Assembly (NCBI GenBank): GCA_030390025.1
Contig: CM059431.1
Span: forward strand, 131,442,001-131,506,000
Direction: 5' to 3'
DNA length: 64,000 nucleotides
DNA from: Squalus acanthias
Taxonomy: Eukaryota
The translations under genes and the position numbers were made by a program. Shown piece after piece: positions 38,718 to 51,423 of this stretch. The number at the start of each line of letters is the position of its first letter. Position 1 is the first letter of the stretch. The notes under the pieces are model-generated. The model was given only the letters and a program-made list of their open reading frames with translations, had not been told where the DNA came from and made no database searches.

Positions 38718-39584
38718 GGGCTGGATTTTACCTTAGCTCCAGAGGTCGAGGCGGGACTGCTGGTTTTCGGGTTTCAGTCCCGCCCCCAGCGACGTCTGAC
38801 GAACAGATGCTATTTTCCCTTGATTGGCCTTGTTAAGCCCGCTCTGCGGGCTTGCCGGCCAATTAAGGGAAAGCCAGTGTCAGATGATGTCAGTGCATGA
38901 CGCTTCATCTGCCGGTTTTGTTAAAGTGACAGGCACCATAATTTTTTGACAGATGATTTGACAGTGTTTGACAGCATTGAGGTGCTGTCAAACACTGACA
39001 ATCACTGTCCAAAGGTGAGCCCTTGCACCCAGGTTCTCCAATGACTCTCTCCTTAGGATGAAACAGATGGCAGCTGCATGTGAGATTGCAGAAGCCATCT
39101 GTCACTTCTCCCGATGAGATGAAGCTACACAAACACATCACAGCTTGTCACCTGCAGAAGCATCAAACCACAGTAAACAAAAATTCCCCAACATTCTCTC
39201 ACCTGTCATACTTACCAGTGTCCCATTGCAGACTTCACACTACCTCTGCAGCTGTCATTTCTACAGTTACAGTACAACAGACCCACAGCTCGCCACACTT
39301 ACCCTGGCGGGGTTTCCTGACGTCGGGAAGCCCGCAGCGGTAGGCGCAAAATGGGAAAAAGCCTCGTAACTGCCTGTTAACTACCTGTTAACAGGCAGTT
39401 AATTGGCTCTAATACCCTTCCTGCCGCTAGGAGACGGGTACCTGCGCAAATGGGGGACCCGCCTCCCGGGAAGATCGCTTGGAGGCGGGTTGGAAGCGGG
39501 TTCGGGACCGGCTCCCATTTTTTACCATTTTGCCACCGGTCACGCCTCCAAACCCGCCCCCTGAGCGCTGGCAAAATCCCCCCC
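38718..39584 (+). mobile_element. Non-autonomous Harbinger, family D, with Myb 5' remnant
   Basis: TIR GGGCTGGATTTT / AAAATCCCCCCC, TSD TTT; LAPRFSNDSL remnant at about 39022-39051. Confidence 0.85.
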
Positions 39585-40109
39585 TTTGTGTAGAATCCCC
39601 TTAATTTGAGATTAATGGAAATGATGGATTATGGCAGTGCTCCCCATTTGTAATGTTTCTGGTGTTATAAATTTAAGGGAGGTTTTATGCTAAATTCCAC
39701 TTTCAAATTATCTGTATCCATCAATTTTAAAGTGTACATATTGGAGATCCTGAAAAGCTTCATAACATTTAGAGATTGTGAAGCAATGTAGTGGAACAGA
39801 TTTTCCCTTTAAGGTTACAGTGCCCTATAATTCCATTTCTGTGACATTTGACTTGCAGCTTAAGATGCCTACATTTGACCTACATGCCAACCTAGAAAAT
39901 GAGCAAAAGCAGACCTTGAGCTTCAAAAAGCCTGACAATTCCAAAACAGCCATGGTTATAAGCCTATGATGTGTGAAAATAAGTAATTACAGTGAAAATG
40001 CAGTGGGACATGGGTTTGTAATTTAATTTGTATACCCAATATCCTATCACTCATATTGAGGGGAAACAAAATAAAAATACATGGAAACCTCAAGATGGCT
40101 ACAAGTTGC

Positions 40110-40720
40110 ATAGATTCTACACAACAGGAACAGGCCATTCTGTTCAACTGATCTACACTCGTCTTTATACTCCACACAAGCCTCCTTCCATTCTAATTAC
40201 CTCTTCCCATCCTGCCCCTATATCCCTTTATTCCCTTCTCCACATTCGCACTACTGTGTAAAGAAATTCCTCCTAAACTCTTTATTGAATCTGTTAGTGG
40301 CCAACTTATATTTATGCCCCCTTGTTCTGGACTCGCCCACAAGTGAAAACAGTTCTCCACATCCACCCTTTCGAACCCCTTCATAATTTAAAAAACCTCT
40401 ATCAGGTCGCCTCTTAGTCTTCTCTTTTTCAGAGAAAAGAGGTTCAGCCTGTTCAATTTTTCCTCATAGTTGTGTCCTCTCAATTCTGGTAACGTCCTTG
40501 AAAATCTTTTCCGCATTACCTCCATTGCTTCCATATTCTTTAGTAGTATGGAGACCAGAACTACACACAGTACTTCAAGTGTTGTCTAACCAAGGCTCTA
40601 CATAAATTTAGCATTACCTCCATGCTTTTGTATTCTATTCATTTAGAAATGTATCCCAGTACTTTGGTTGCACACTTTATGGCCTTATCAACCTGTTTTG
40701 CTACATTTAATGATTTATGT
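40110..40720 (-). mobile_element. CR1 3' fragment
   Basis: LVRQHLKYCV*FWSP and RLRGDLIEVFKIMKGF remnants on minus strand. Confidence 0.85.
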
Positions 40721-41863
40721 TCATGGAACATTTAAGAGAAACCATTTCTTTTACAAAATCATTGCCTGTCTTTATTCCTTCAGCAGCACATGTTCTGATC
40801 TGTTGAACACCTACATCCAGCCAGGAGTTTACTTAATGAATTTACAGCATTAACTCTCTGACAGGCTCCATTTGTTCAGGATATAGACAAAAAAAAATTA
40901 CACTTGAATGTTTCAAAACATACCATTTTTCCACAGGTATTTTCTCGTATTTTTAAATTTATTTTTATTCGTGAAAAAATGTAATTTGAGGTTTTTTTTT
41001 CATTTTCTGAGTTTGTGTTGAAATATCGGCAGGATTATTTCACTATGAATCAAACAAACAAATTTAATAAAATTTTTGAATCCTGTTTTCTGATTTCTTA
41101 TTTTGACATTTTTTTATACATAAAATTTTAAAAGAAAAGAAAAGACTTGCATTTATATAGCGCCTTTCATGACCACTGGACGTCCCAAAGCTCCTTACAG
41201 TCAATGAAGTACTTTTTGAAGTGGAGTCACTGTTGTAATGTAGGAAACGCGGCAGCCAATTTGTGCACAGCAAGTTCCCACAAACAGCCCTGTGATAATG
41301 ACCAGATGAGCTGTTTTTTAGTGATGTTGATTGAGGGATAAATATTGGCCAGGACATGGGGGATAACTCCCCTGACATTCTTCGAAATATTGCAATGGGA
41401 TCTTTTACATCCACCTGAGAGCAGAATGGGCCTCAGTTTAACGTCTCATCCAAAAGACAGCACCTCCAACAGTGCAGCACTCCCTCAGCACTGCACTGGA
41501 GTATCAGCCTAGATTTTTGTGCTCAAGTGTCTGGAGTGGGACTTGAACCCACAACCTGCTGACTCAGAGGCAAGAGTGCTACCCACTTTTTTTTAATATT
41601 ATTTATTAAACATTAAAAACATTTACAATATTGTGATCGTTCCATTGTATCATACAAATCCATTCCGCCGCTCTGCACAGCCATTCCCCCCACCACATAT
41701 TAACATCAAAGCCTGAAGTTTAATTTGTCTCAGGTAACATATTAATCTACTATACTTTAAAAATTGATCAGTAATCATGGCTCCGAATAAGGGAAGTGTG
41801 TCTGATAATCCCCCCATCACTTAATCTCAGGCCCTTCCCTCCTCTCATGCTCCTTCCAACTTT

Positions 41864-44478
41864 TCAGGCAGCTGTTGCTTTCTCCTGCAGCCTCCGGCTC
41901 TTTTTCACCTCCTGTTTGAACCTTCCCTGCAGTTGCAGCCTCTTCCTTACATTAGGTTTGTGCCGAGGAGCTGTCCCTTCTCCCTCCTTCTGACCCTCAC
42001 TAACCTTTCCCTTTCTACACGATGCCACCCCACCCCCCACTTCCATGTCTCTGTCCCCCTCTGACTCCTCACTCTCGAGCTCTTCTATAACCTCCCGTCC
42101 CTGCTCCGCGTCAGATACATAGGGCTGGATTTTGATACTGGGGCGGGTTGGGGTCGTGTCATCCACTTTTCGTGTTATTGGACAGATCTGAGCGCACATT
42201 GAGAAGTGTCTTACTGAGTTCCAGTGATTGTTCCGTTATAACTTCCCCCCACAACCACCACTTCTCCCCCACACCCCCCGCACCGCTATAGTGATGAGTG
42301 TGCATGGCTTGGACATTAAAGGGATGCTTCACGGTGCTGGTGTGGGATGGTGTCAACCAGGTGCATCATGTGGCAGCCAGGGTTTACAACGTCAAGTGAA
42401 GAAATTTTGGCTATGGTGATGCCATTGCTGGCCTCCCGGGCAGCAATTTTGTCAGGGGCTGATGCCCTGTGTCCAGTGCAGCATCATGTGATGGCGGAGA
42501 AGGTTGGTGATGTTGCTGTTGGGGCTGATCGTGGTAAGATTTGGGGGACCAAGGTCTGATTGTTTCATTGGCTCCGATGTTGCTGCAATAGATGGCAGCT
42601 GCAGGTGAGATGACAGAAGCGATCTGTTAATGGTGAGAGAGTTTCTCCCAATGAGGTGGCACTGGACATACAGTTGGATCTAAAAACTTGTAAGCTAAAG
42701 AAACCTCTATATGTATTAAAAATGCAGTAACCAACATTTTCTGCGCTCTGAAACTCACCATCTGCAACATGGCATCCCCTACACCACTTCTGCAGCTGTC
42801 AGCTTTTCACAAACATCAGAGCAGACTCAAAACACACCAGGTTGAACTGGCATGTTCCCGAACAGTGGGTAACCCACGGGGGAGAAGGTAAAATTAGAAG
42901 TAAGCTTCAAAATACTCTTAAATTGGCTCTTAACAAGCCATTTAAGTAGGTGAATTGTATCCCCTGCCGCTTGGTGTTGAGTCAGTTCTCCGCTGACAGA
43001 CCCGACACCTGGGAGACTTGCATGAAGGTGGGTTGACAGCGGGTTTCCTACCCGCTGCCAATCTTTTTTATTTTGACAGCGGACCCGCCTGCAAACCCGC
43101 CCCCTCAGCGCTATTAAATTTGCGGCCATAATCACCCTTAGAGAGTCTTCCTGCTATCATGGTACTCCAACAGTGCCACTCCCTTCGACCTCATCTCCGC
43201 TGCTGACCCTTACTCCCCGTTTCTTCTCTCTCTGGGACAATGGTGCATCTGCACCTATCTTGCTCCCTTCTGGCGTCCTTGTCTCCCTGCTCCCATCCTG
43301 CTGCCCCTTTAAGGCTACTGCCTCTTGCACCCTCTCCTTGTCTTGCCCCCTCCTGCTCCCCGAGATGTCTGACTCCCCGTCTTTCTTTGGAGTACTTACA
43401 CTTACCCCGCACCCCGCTCCCGCCTCTTCTCCCCCCGCGGATACCAGATTCTTTAGGGAGAGCCAAGCCGTATTATGGCTCGACTCTGCCCTCAACCCGT
43501 GCTGCCCGCTGCTGTCTTTGTCCTTTTCCACCGTACTTGGTGTGTTTTCCACCATCTCCATCCTGTTCTCTGCTGCGCAATTTGCTGCCTCTTCCTGCGC
43601 TCTTTTCTCCTTCCATTCACCAACTGTGTCCTCCGCCTGCGCCGCTCCTCCAGCCGCTCTACTTACACCTCCTGCTCCTTCTCCTCGTCACTCAAGGGGC
43701 TTCCTTCTGCCGCACACTCACAGCGGGTGGGGCCTTTGTAACACACCCCACAGCTCTCTGCCTTGCGGCTTCGAGCGATGTGTCCAGACTCGCCGCAGTT
43801 ATAACAGTACAAGTCTGGACAGCTTCTTACAAGATGATCGTGTCCAAGACAATAATAACAAACCTTCACCTGGTTATCATGCAGTACCCGGAAGTACTGC
43901 ACTCCTTCCATTGTCTCGAATTTCATGCTATATGGCAATGACTTCACCCCCTCAGGAACCGCATCTTTACATAACAACAGGTTCCATCTGCTACCCGCGT
44001 TCCTGGATTGTATCCCTTCTTTATTGCCGAGCAAATTTTAATGTCCCATGACTCCAACTTTTTTATTAGCACATCGTCCTCAATATAAACCGGCAGGTTT
44101 AAGAATGAGACAACCACCTCTTCAGAATAGAGCAGAGATACCTCCAAGAACTTATCTCCAACCTTCAAACTCAGTAGAAGTTTTTCCACCTCCTCTCGGC
44201 CACTGACCGTCACCTTGAAGTCAACATTCGGCTTTGGTCGGCAGGCAGAGCAGCTTCCCTCGCCGCAGTCCTAATGTACCACCTGGATAATATCCCAAAC
44301 TCATATCTCCTTATCCTCGCACTGAACCACCACCGTGTTTTCTTTTCCAAACTCCTGGGGTCCCGGCCCAAATCTTTGGGCCTTTTTCTCCCTTCCCCAA
44401 CATTTTTCCCCTGATTAAATTCATCCTGGGAGCATTGTCCTCTGAGGGGCCCAGCACCCCGGGCCCCCCAGCAGCCAT
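41864..44478 (-). pseudogene. Tx1-type ORF1 / ZCCHC3-like gag-like zinc-knuckle protein, frameshifted and interrupted
   Basis: VVVSFLNLPVYIEDD, GTRVADGT, SLPYSMKFET..GVQYFRVLH, CYYCLGHDHLVRSC, CYNCGESGHIARS, then low-complexity charged tail. Confidence 0.85.
42122..43127. mobile_element. Chimeric non-autonomous Harbinger (family A left end, family B body and right end)
   Basis: TSD ATA; first 57 bp match 28822-28878, remainder matches 60139-61507. Confidence 0.87.
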
Positions 44479-44639
44479 TGGCTGCTGTTTAAGGACCAAA
44501 AAGGCCCATAATCCTGAAAAAAAAAACACCAACAACTTTTTGCAAACTCCCTCCAGTAATCAAGCACCCAGCAGCACCTGCTCACTCCTAGCCCCTCCCA
44601 CCTAGAGAGTGCTACCCACTGAGCCACAGCTGACATTAC

Positions 44640-45480
44640 TTTCAGTACTTGCTGCAGGTTCCTTTTGCAACATTGCCATCAGGTTCTTGTCGTTGTCTAG
44701 GGGCTTATCCATAGGAGGATATTGTTGCTACCAGCTTCTCACAACCGTTATGGTTCAGGGCTCTCACTTGTGCCTCATCGCAGTAAGGCCCAAGCTGTTA
44801 AGGAGCACTTTTATGTTGCCATCCCATCTTGCTTTAGGTCTGGTCTTTTCCATGTTGTTGGTGGTTTGGTGGTGAATGCTCAGTCAGGGTCAGACTTGGT
44901 GTGGCGCACAAGGTGTCCATACCAGATGGGTTGGTAATGATCAACCAAACGAGACAGCAGTGTCAGGCTCATTTCAGATTTTGTCTTGGGGCTTAACCTT
45001 TACTAGTGTGCAAAAGTGATCTAGCATCAAATCCATCGATTTGCCTATTGATTATTTGTTGTGTACTTACGTTTCTGAATCATATTTAGATATGTATATT
45101 ACTGATGTGTTGTAGAACTGTACTTTGAGATTGCATCTTATCTTTGTTCTCCATTTCACTGAGAAGCTCGCAAGCGCATTGCGCCAATGGCAGTCCCCAT
45201 TGGAAGAAATCATGCTGCCTAAGTAAGTGAATTGTGCCACTAAATCCACTGTCTTGGAAGAATTTTCATCTATTATGTAGGTAGCTCAAATTATATTCTG
45301 TCCTTGCGATTGCATTTTCCTTCCAACTGACCTGAAGACCGAGACTAGATGCCTTGAGGATCCAGTAGAGGTTTTGAATTTGACAATGTGGATTATTTTT
45401 GCAAAGCATTTCATCATAGCCTTAAAGCAATTCAACCATATCTGACCTTGCACTGCTGCTAAGGGCAAAGGTTGCATTTC
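44640..45480 (-). mobile_element. Decayed RTE-clade LINE fragment
   Basis: VAQFTYLGSMISSNG and KVQFYNTSV...KYDSET resemble RTE RT C-terminal motifs. Confidence 0.55.
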
Positions 45481-46222
45481 ATGAAGTGAAGCATCCCCCA
45501 GTAAAAAGAAATCTTTAAACTATGGAAAAAAAAAAATGTCTGGTCAAAAGGGGAGAGAAAACAAACCAGATTCTGTCACTGCTGGTTATTTAAGAGCCAT
45601 AAAACCTTCTATCCGCCTCTAGGAATTGTGACATATGGTAGGAAATGGGCTGGGGATTTATGATGTCATCTACTTCAGATTGATTTCAAACAGGGTTTCA
45701 GATCCTGGATATATGAGGAAAGTCCCTGTAGGAATGAATCAGACAGTGGAAAAAGTGCTGATGTTAACAAATGCTGATAATATATTTACCATTCGCTTTT
45801 TGCAATTGTTGATCCCTGATGAAATAATCAAGAAATATATTTATAAATTATCTTTGGGTAAAAGCAGAATTTTAGACATTTGGAAGTGAAAAACTATATT
45901 TATCAAAGAAAATGAAGAGCTAAGTTGAATTCTGTTCATTGTTAGTATTCCTTTTTGGGTCAGATGATTTGTTTTAACTTTGTCTTTCAAGTTCAAAGTA
46001 TTTCACAAAGAATTTCATTGAAAATGGAAAGGAATTGGAAACCCATGATAAAATTAAGTCAGGATGTGATACATCATGAGGCAAACTATTTCCAGCATCG
46101 TACCCATTGTTTAGTCATTACTACTTGAGTTCATCACGGGGGAAAGAAAAGACAATAAAAAGTAGGTTGTAAGTTTTAAATTCTGTAGCGATTTGACAGG
46201 AAAGGTGAGCTGATGCTGCATT

Positions 46223-48033
46223 CATAGAGTCATAGAGTTATACAGCACAGAAAGAGGCCCTTCGGCCCATCGTGTCCGTGCCGGCCATCAAGCCCTATCT
46301 ATTCTAATCCCATTTTCCAGCACTTGGTCCGAAGCCTTGTATGCTATGGCGTTTCAAGTGCTAATCTAAATGCTTCTTGAATGTTGTGAGTGTTCTGCCT
46401 CTACCACCCTTTCAGGCAGTGAGTTCCAGATTCCAACCACCCTCTGGGTGAAAAAGTTTTTCCTCAAATCCCCTCTAAACCTCCTGCCCCTTACCTTGAA
46501 ACTATTATTGACCCCTCTACTAAGGGGAAAAGTTCCTTTCTATCTACCCTATCTATGCCCCTCATAATTTTGTACACCTCAATCAGGTCCCCCCTCAGCC
46601 TTCTCTGCTCTAAGGAAAACAACCCCAGCCTGTCCAGTCTCTCTTCATAGCTGAAACGCTCCAGCCCATGTAACATCCTGGTGAATCTCCTCTGCACCCT
46701 CTCCAATGCAATCACATCCTTCCTATAGTGTGGCTACCAGAACTGCACACAATATTCCAGCTGTGGCCTAACTAGCGTTTTGTACAGCTCCATCATAACC
46801 TCCCTGCTCTTGCCTTCATTAGCCGAGGCATAGAATATAAGTATCCCATATGCCTTTTTAACCACCTTATCTACCTGTCCTGCTACCTTCAGGGATCTAT
46901 GTACATGCACACCAAGGACCCTCTGATCCTCTGTCCTTCCTAGGGTCCTACTATTCATTGTTTATTCCCTTGCCTTGTTAGTCCTCCCAAACTGCATCAC
47001 CTCACACTTTTCAGGGTTAAATTCCATTTCCCACTGTTCCGCCCATCTGACCAACCCGTCTATATCATCCTGTAGCCTGAGGCTTCCCTCCTCACTATTT
47101 ACCACTCCATCAATTTTCGTGTCATCTGCAAACTTACTGATCATACCTCCTACATTCATATCTAAATCATTAATGTACACTACGAACAACAAAGGACCCA
47201 GCACCAATCCCTGCGGTACACCACTGGACACAGGCTTCCAGTCACAAAAACAACCTTCGACCATCACCCTCTGCCTCTTGCCACTAAGCCAATTTTGGAT
47301 CCAATGTGCCAAATTGCCCTGGATCCCATGGGCTCTTACCTTCTTGACCAGTCTCCCATGCGGGACTTTGTCAAAAGCCTTACTGATGTCCATGTAGACT
47401 ACTTCAACTGCACTACCCTCATCCACACACCTAGTCACCCCCTCGAAAAATTCAATCAAATTGGTTAGACACGATCTCCCCCTGACAAAGCCATGCTGAC
47501 TATCCTTAATTAATCCTTGCCTCTCCAAGTGGAGACTAATTCTGTCCCTCAGAATTTTTTCCAATAATTTCCCTACCACTGATGTTAGGCTCACTGGCCT
47601 GTAATTCCCTGGTTTATCCCTACTATCCTTCTTGAATAATGGTACTATGTTAGCTGTCCTCCAGTCCTCTGGCACCTCCCCTGTGGCCAGAGAGGTTCTG
47701 AAAATTAGTGTCAGAGCCCCTGCAATCTCCTCCCTTGCCTCACACAGCAGCCTGGGATACATCTCATCTGGGCCTGGGGATTTATCCTCTTTTAAGCCTG
47801 CTAAAACCGCTAGTACCTCTTCCCTCTCAATACTAATTTGTTCAAGTATATCACAATCCCCCTGCCTGATTTCTATGCCTACATCGTCCTTCTCCATAGT
47901 GAACACAGATGCAAAATATTCATTTAAAACCTCACCCACATCTTCTGGCTCTACACACAGATTGCCACTTTGGTCCCTAATGGGCCCTACTCTTTCCCTG
48001 GTTATCCTCTTGCCCTTAATATACTTATAAAAC
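46223..48033 (-). mobile_element. CR1 LINE ORF2 (RT domain to 3' tail)
   Basis: KSPGPD, YRPVSLTSV, QHGF, KAFDKVPH, GVPQGLVLGP, KFADDTK motifs; (ctctatga)n tail. Confidence 0.95.
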
Positions 48034-48390
48034 ACGTTCCTACAACAAGAATTTAGGGAGCTCGGTAGCAGATTAAAAAGCAGGACCTCAAAGGTTCTAA
48101 TCTCTGGATTACTCCCGGTGCCACGTGCTAGTGAGTATAGGAATAGGAGGATAGAGCAGATGAATGCGTGGCTAAAGAGTTGGTGCAGGAGGGAGGGCTT
48201 TAGTTTCCTGGAGCACTGGGTCTGCTTCTGGGGAAGGTGGGACCTGTACAAGTCGGACGGGTTGCACCTGAACCGGAACGGGACCAACATCCTTGCGGGG
48301 AAGTTTGCTAGTACTGTTGGGGGGGTTTAAACTAACTTGGCAGAGGGATGGGATATGGAGTGGAGCTATAGTAGGGGGTGATGCACAGCC
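48034..48390 (+). mobile_element. Inverted CR1 ORF1 C-terminal fragment (SGNH-esterase-like)
   Basis: ISGLLPVPRASEYRNRRIEQMNAWL...DGLHLNRNGTNILA. Confidence 0.85.
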
Positions 48391-48963
48391 AAAGGTGAGC
48401 CCTTGTACCCAGGCTAACCAATGACTCGCTCCTTAGGAGAAAACAGATGGCAGCTGCATGTGAGATTGCAAAAGCCATCTGTCAATTCTACCAATCAGAT
48501 GAGGCTTCACAGAAACATCAAATCTTGTCACCTGCAGATACGTATAAACAGAATAAAAATATTTCTCACTACATTCTCTCACCTGTCATAATTACCTGTG
48601 CACCATTGCATCCATCACACTACCTCTGCAGCTGTCATTTGCACACTTACACTGCAGCAGACCCACAGCTCACCTCGCTGACCCTGGCAGGGTTTCCCGT
48701 CGTCGGGAAGGCCTCATCAGCAGGCTGAAAATGGGTAAAAGCCTCTTCACTGCCTGTTAACTACTTGTTAACAGGCAGTTAATTGGCTCTAATCCCCTTC
48801 CCGCCACTAGGAGACGGGTTCCTGCGCGAGTCGGGGACCTGCTTCCCGGGAAGATGGTTCGGAGTTGGGTTGCGAGCGGGGTTGGGACCCGCTCCCAATT
48901 TTTCCCATTTTCCCAGCAGTCCCGCCTCCAAACCCACCTCCTCAGGGCTGGTAAAATCCAGCC
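48391..48963 (+). mobile_element. Family D Harbinger lacking its left arm
   Basis: Colinear with 39011-39584; right TIR GTAAAATCCAGCC. Confidence 0.85.
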
Positions 48964-49977
48964 ATTCGGCCCATCGAGCCCGTGCCGGCTCTCTGTAAAG
49001 CAATCCAGTCAGTCCCATTCCCCCGCTCTATCCCCGTAGACCTGCAAGTTTATTTCCCTCAAGTGCCTATCCAGTCTCCCCTTGAAAACATTGAGTGTTT
49101 CTCCTTCCACCACTTCCGTCGGCAGCGAATTCCAGGTCCTCACGACTCGCTGCATAAAAAAGTTTTTCCTCACATCCCGCCTGTATCTTTTGCCCAAAAC
49201 CTTAAATCTGTGTCCCCTAGTCCTTGTACCATCAAATAGTGGGAACAGCCTTTCCCCGTCTAGCCTATCCAAACCTGTCATAATCTTGTACACCTCTATC
49301 AAATCACCCCTCAACCTCCTTTGCTCTAGTGAAAACAAATCCAGCTTCTACAACCTGTCCTTGTAGCTAAGATCCCCCATCCCTGGAATGATTCTGGTAA
49401 ATCTCCTCTGCACCCTCTCAAGGGCCGTCACATCCTTTCTAAAGTGTGGTGACCAGAACTGAACGCAGTACTCCAGTTGAGGCCTAACCAGCACTTTATA
49501 AAGGTTCAGCATAACTTCTCTACTTTTGTACTCAATACCTCTATTTATGAAGCCCAAGATCCCATATGCTTTGTTAACCACTCTCTCAATATGTCCTGCC
49601 ACCTTCAGGGACCTATGCACATTAACTCCCAGGTCCCTCTGCCCCTGCACACTCTTTAAAACTGTGCCATTAAGTGTATATTGCCTCTCACTGTTCCTTC
49701 TGCTAAAATGCATCACCTCACACTTCTCTGTACTAAATTCCATCTGCCACTTGTCTGCCCATTCTGCTAGCCTTTCTATGTCCTGTTGCAGTCGATTGGT
49801 ATCATCCTCACTGTTTGCCACACCCCCAAGTTTGGTGTCATCGGCAAATTTAGAAATTCTACTCTGTATTCCAATATCCAGGTCATTTAATATCAAAAAA
49901 AGCAGTGGCCCCAGCAATGACCCTTGGGGAACACCACTGTCTACTATCCTCCAGTCTGAAAAACAGCCATTTACCAA
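48964..49977 (-). mobile_element. CR1 LINE 3' portion
   Basis: GVPQGSLLGP, KFADDTK, LVRPQLEYCVQFWSP motifs. Confidence 0.93.
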
Positions 49978-51420
49978 AGATGGAAATATTAGGAGGGGTG
50001 ATGAAATTCTTGGTCAAAGAAGTGCATGCAGGGATAAAAAAAAGGAGGAGATTGCCAAGATAGGGCCAGGCAAGGCCATGGAGAGATTTCAAAGTGAGAA
50101 CTTTGAAGTCAACTTGCTGGGGCACAGTGGAACTTGGAGAGGATGAGGTAATGGGAGTTCTGAACTTTGGGTGATGGTGTGGACTGCAGCTAAATTTGAT
50201 GTTTATAGAGGATTATGGTAGGGAAGCCAGCTAGAAGAACATTAGAGTAGTTGGTCTTGAGGTGATGACAGCATGGAATAGAGTTTCAGTGGCAGCCAGG
50301 GGGAAGTAGGGTGAAGGTGGACAATGTTGCTGAGGTGAAAGAAAGTGGTAATGGTAACAGAACAGATCTGGAGAGGAAGCTGTACGTCATTGTTTCACAC
50401 TTCTTGACTCGATCTGAGAGGCAATTGGAGAAGTTAATGTAGTCAAGGCTAGAGGGACAGTCATACTGGTGGGAACCAAAAAGGATAGCTTCAGGTTTGT
50501 TGGCATTGAGATGGAAGAAATTTTGCCTCTCCCAGACCTTGATGTCAGACGGGCAGTTAGTGAGCATAGCAACTGCCTTAGGATTAAGGGAGAAGGCAAA
50601 GAGATCGAGCTGGGTGTGATAGGCATATTTGTGGAAGCTGACCCCATGGTTTCTGATGATGTCAAGTGGATAGTGAAGATGTGACATCAGAGGTAACCGT
50701 GATCGCAGAGGAAATACTGCTGTTGGAGGCAGTGTAGTGCCTGTGTTGCAACAGATATTAAGTAACACCATGAGGGAGCAGTGCCATATAGTTCGAGGAG
50801 AGATGCTAGAGGACAACGAAATGGTTGATGTTGTCAATGGCAATGCAAAGGTTGGGGAGTGTAAGAAAAGACAGAGTAGCCCTGGTCGCTGTCACACAAG
50901 ATGCCATTTGTGATTTTGACCAGTGCATTTAGTGCGGCAGTAGCTAGATTCAGGGTTCTCAAATAAGGAGTGGCAGGAGAAGTAGGAATCTGGTGGAAAC
51001 AAAATGTTCTAGGACTTTCATGAGAAATGGAAGGTTGGATAGAGGACAGTAGCTGAAAGAATCACTCGTGGGCTTCTTGAGAAGAGGGATAATAATAGCA
51101 GTCTTAAAGGGAGTAGGGTAGTGCTGGAGGCTAGAGATAGGGAGTGGAGGGTGATGATAGCTTCAAGCATGGAGTTGATGAAGTGAATTTGGATGGTTAG
51201 GAGCTGGGACTGAAGCAGAACAAGTGAGCAGGCTTCAGGGACCAGGCGACTCTATTGAGGGCTGATGGGGAGAAACAACAGAGAACATGATGGGTGAGGA
51301 CTTGGCTAGAGAGAGAGCAGGAAGATTAATTGAAGGTTGAGGGGAAAGGGGAAGTTACCCTTGATTTTGGACTCAAAGAAGTCCACCAGTTCCTTGCATT
51401 TTAAGGCACTTTGGAGAGAA
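49978..51420 (-). mobile_element. Decayed L2 LINE RT region
   Basis: DIIRNHGVSFHKYAYHTQL...SDIKVW..QNFFHLNANKPEAILFG resembles the L2 YADDTQL region. Confidence 0.75.
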
Positions 51421-51423
51421 AAG

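Larger units (their letters stand above)
41588..44605 (-). mobile_element. ORF1-only Tx1/L1-clade-like non-LTR retroelement (about 2.0 kb without nested insert)
   Basis: 15-bp TSD AGAGTGCTACCCACT (41573-41587, 44606-44620), AATAAA at 41607-41602, A-tail, zinc-knuckle ORF1, no ORF2. Confidence 0.85.
41133..44635 (-). mobile_element. Full-length Deu-SINE split into 41133-41587 and 44606-44635 by a retroelement insertion
   Basis: Both parts join into a copy colinear with 27526-27940. Confidence 0.9.

Noticed and set aside
46201..46210. AAAGGTGAGC also at 48391-48400, as a TSD of the inverted CR1
   Set aside because: Left copy is 12 bp away from the CR1 tail and right copy is an intrinsic part of family D; probably chance.
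46962..48290. 442-aa ORF as a novel fusion protein
   Set aside because: N-terminus is antisense CR1 ORF1 read through the inversion junction.
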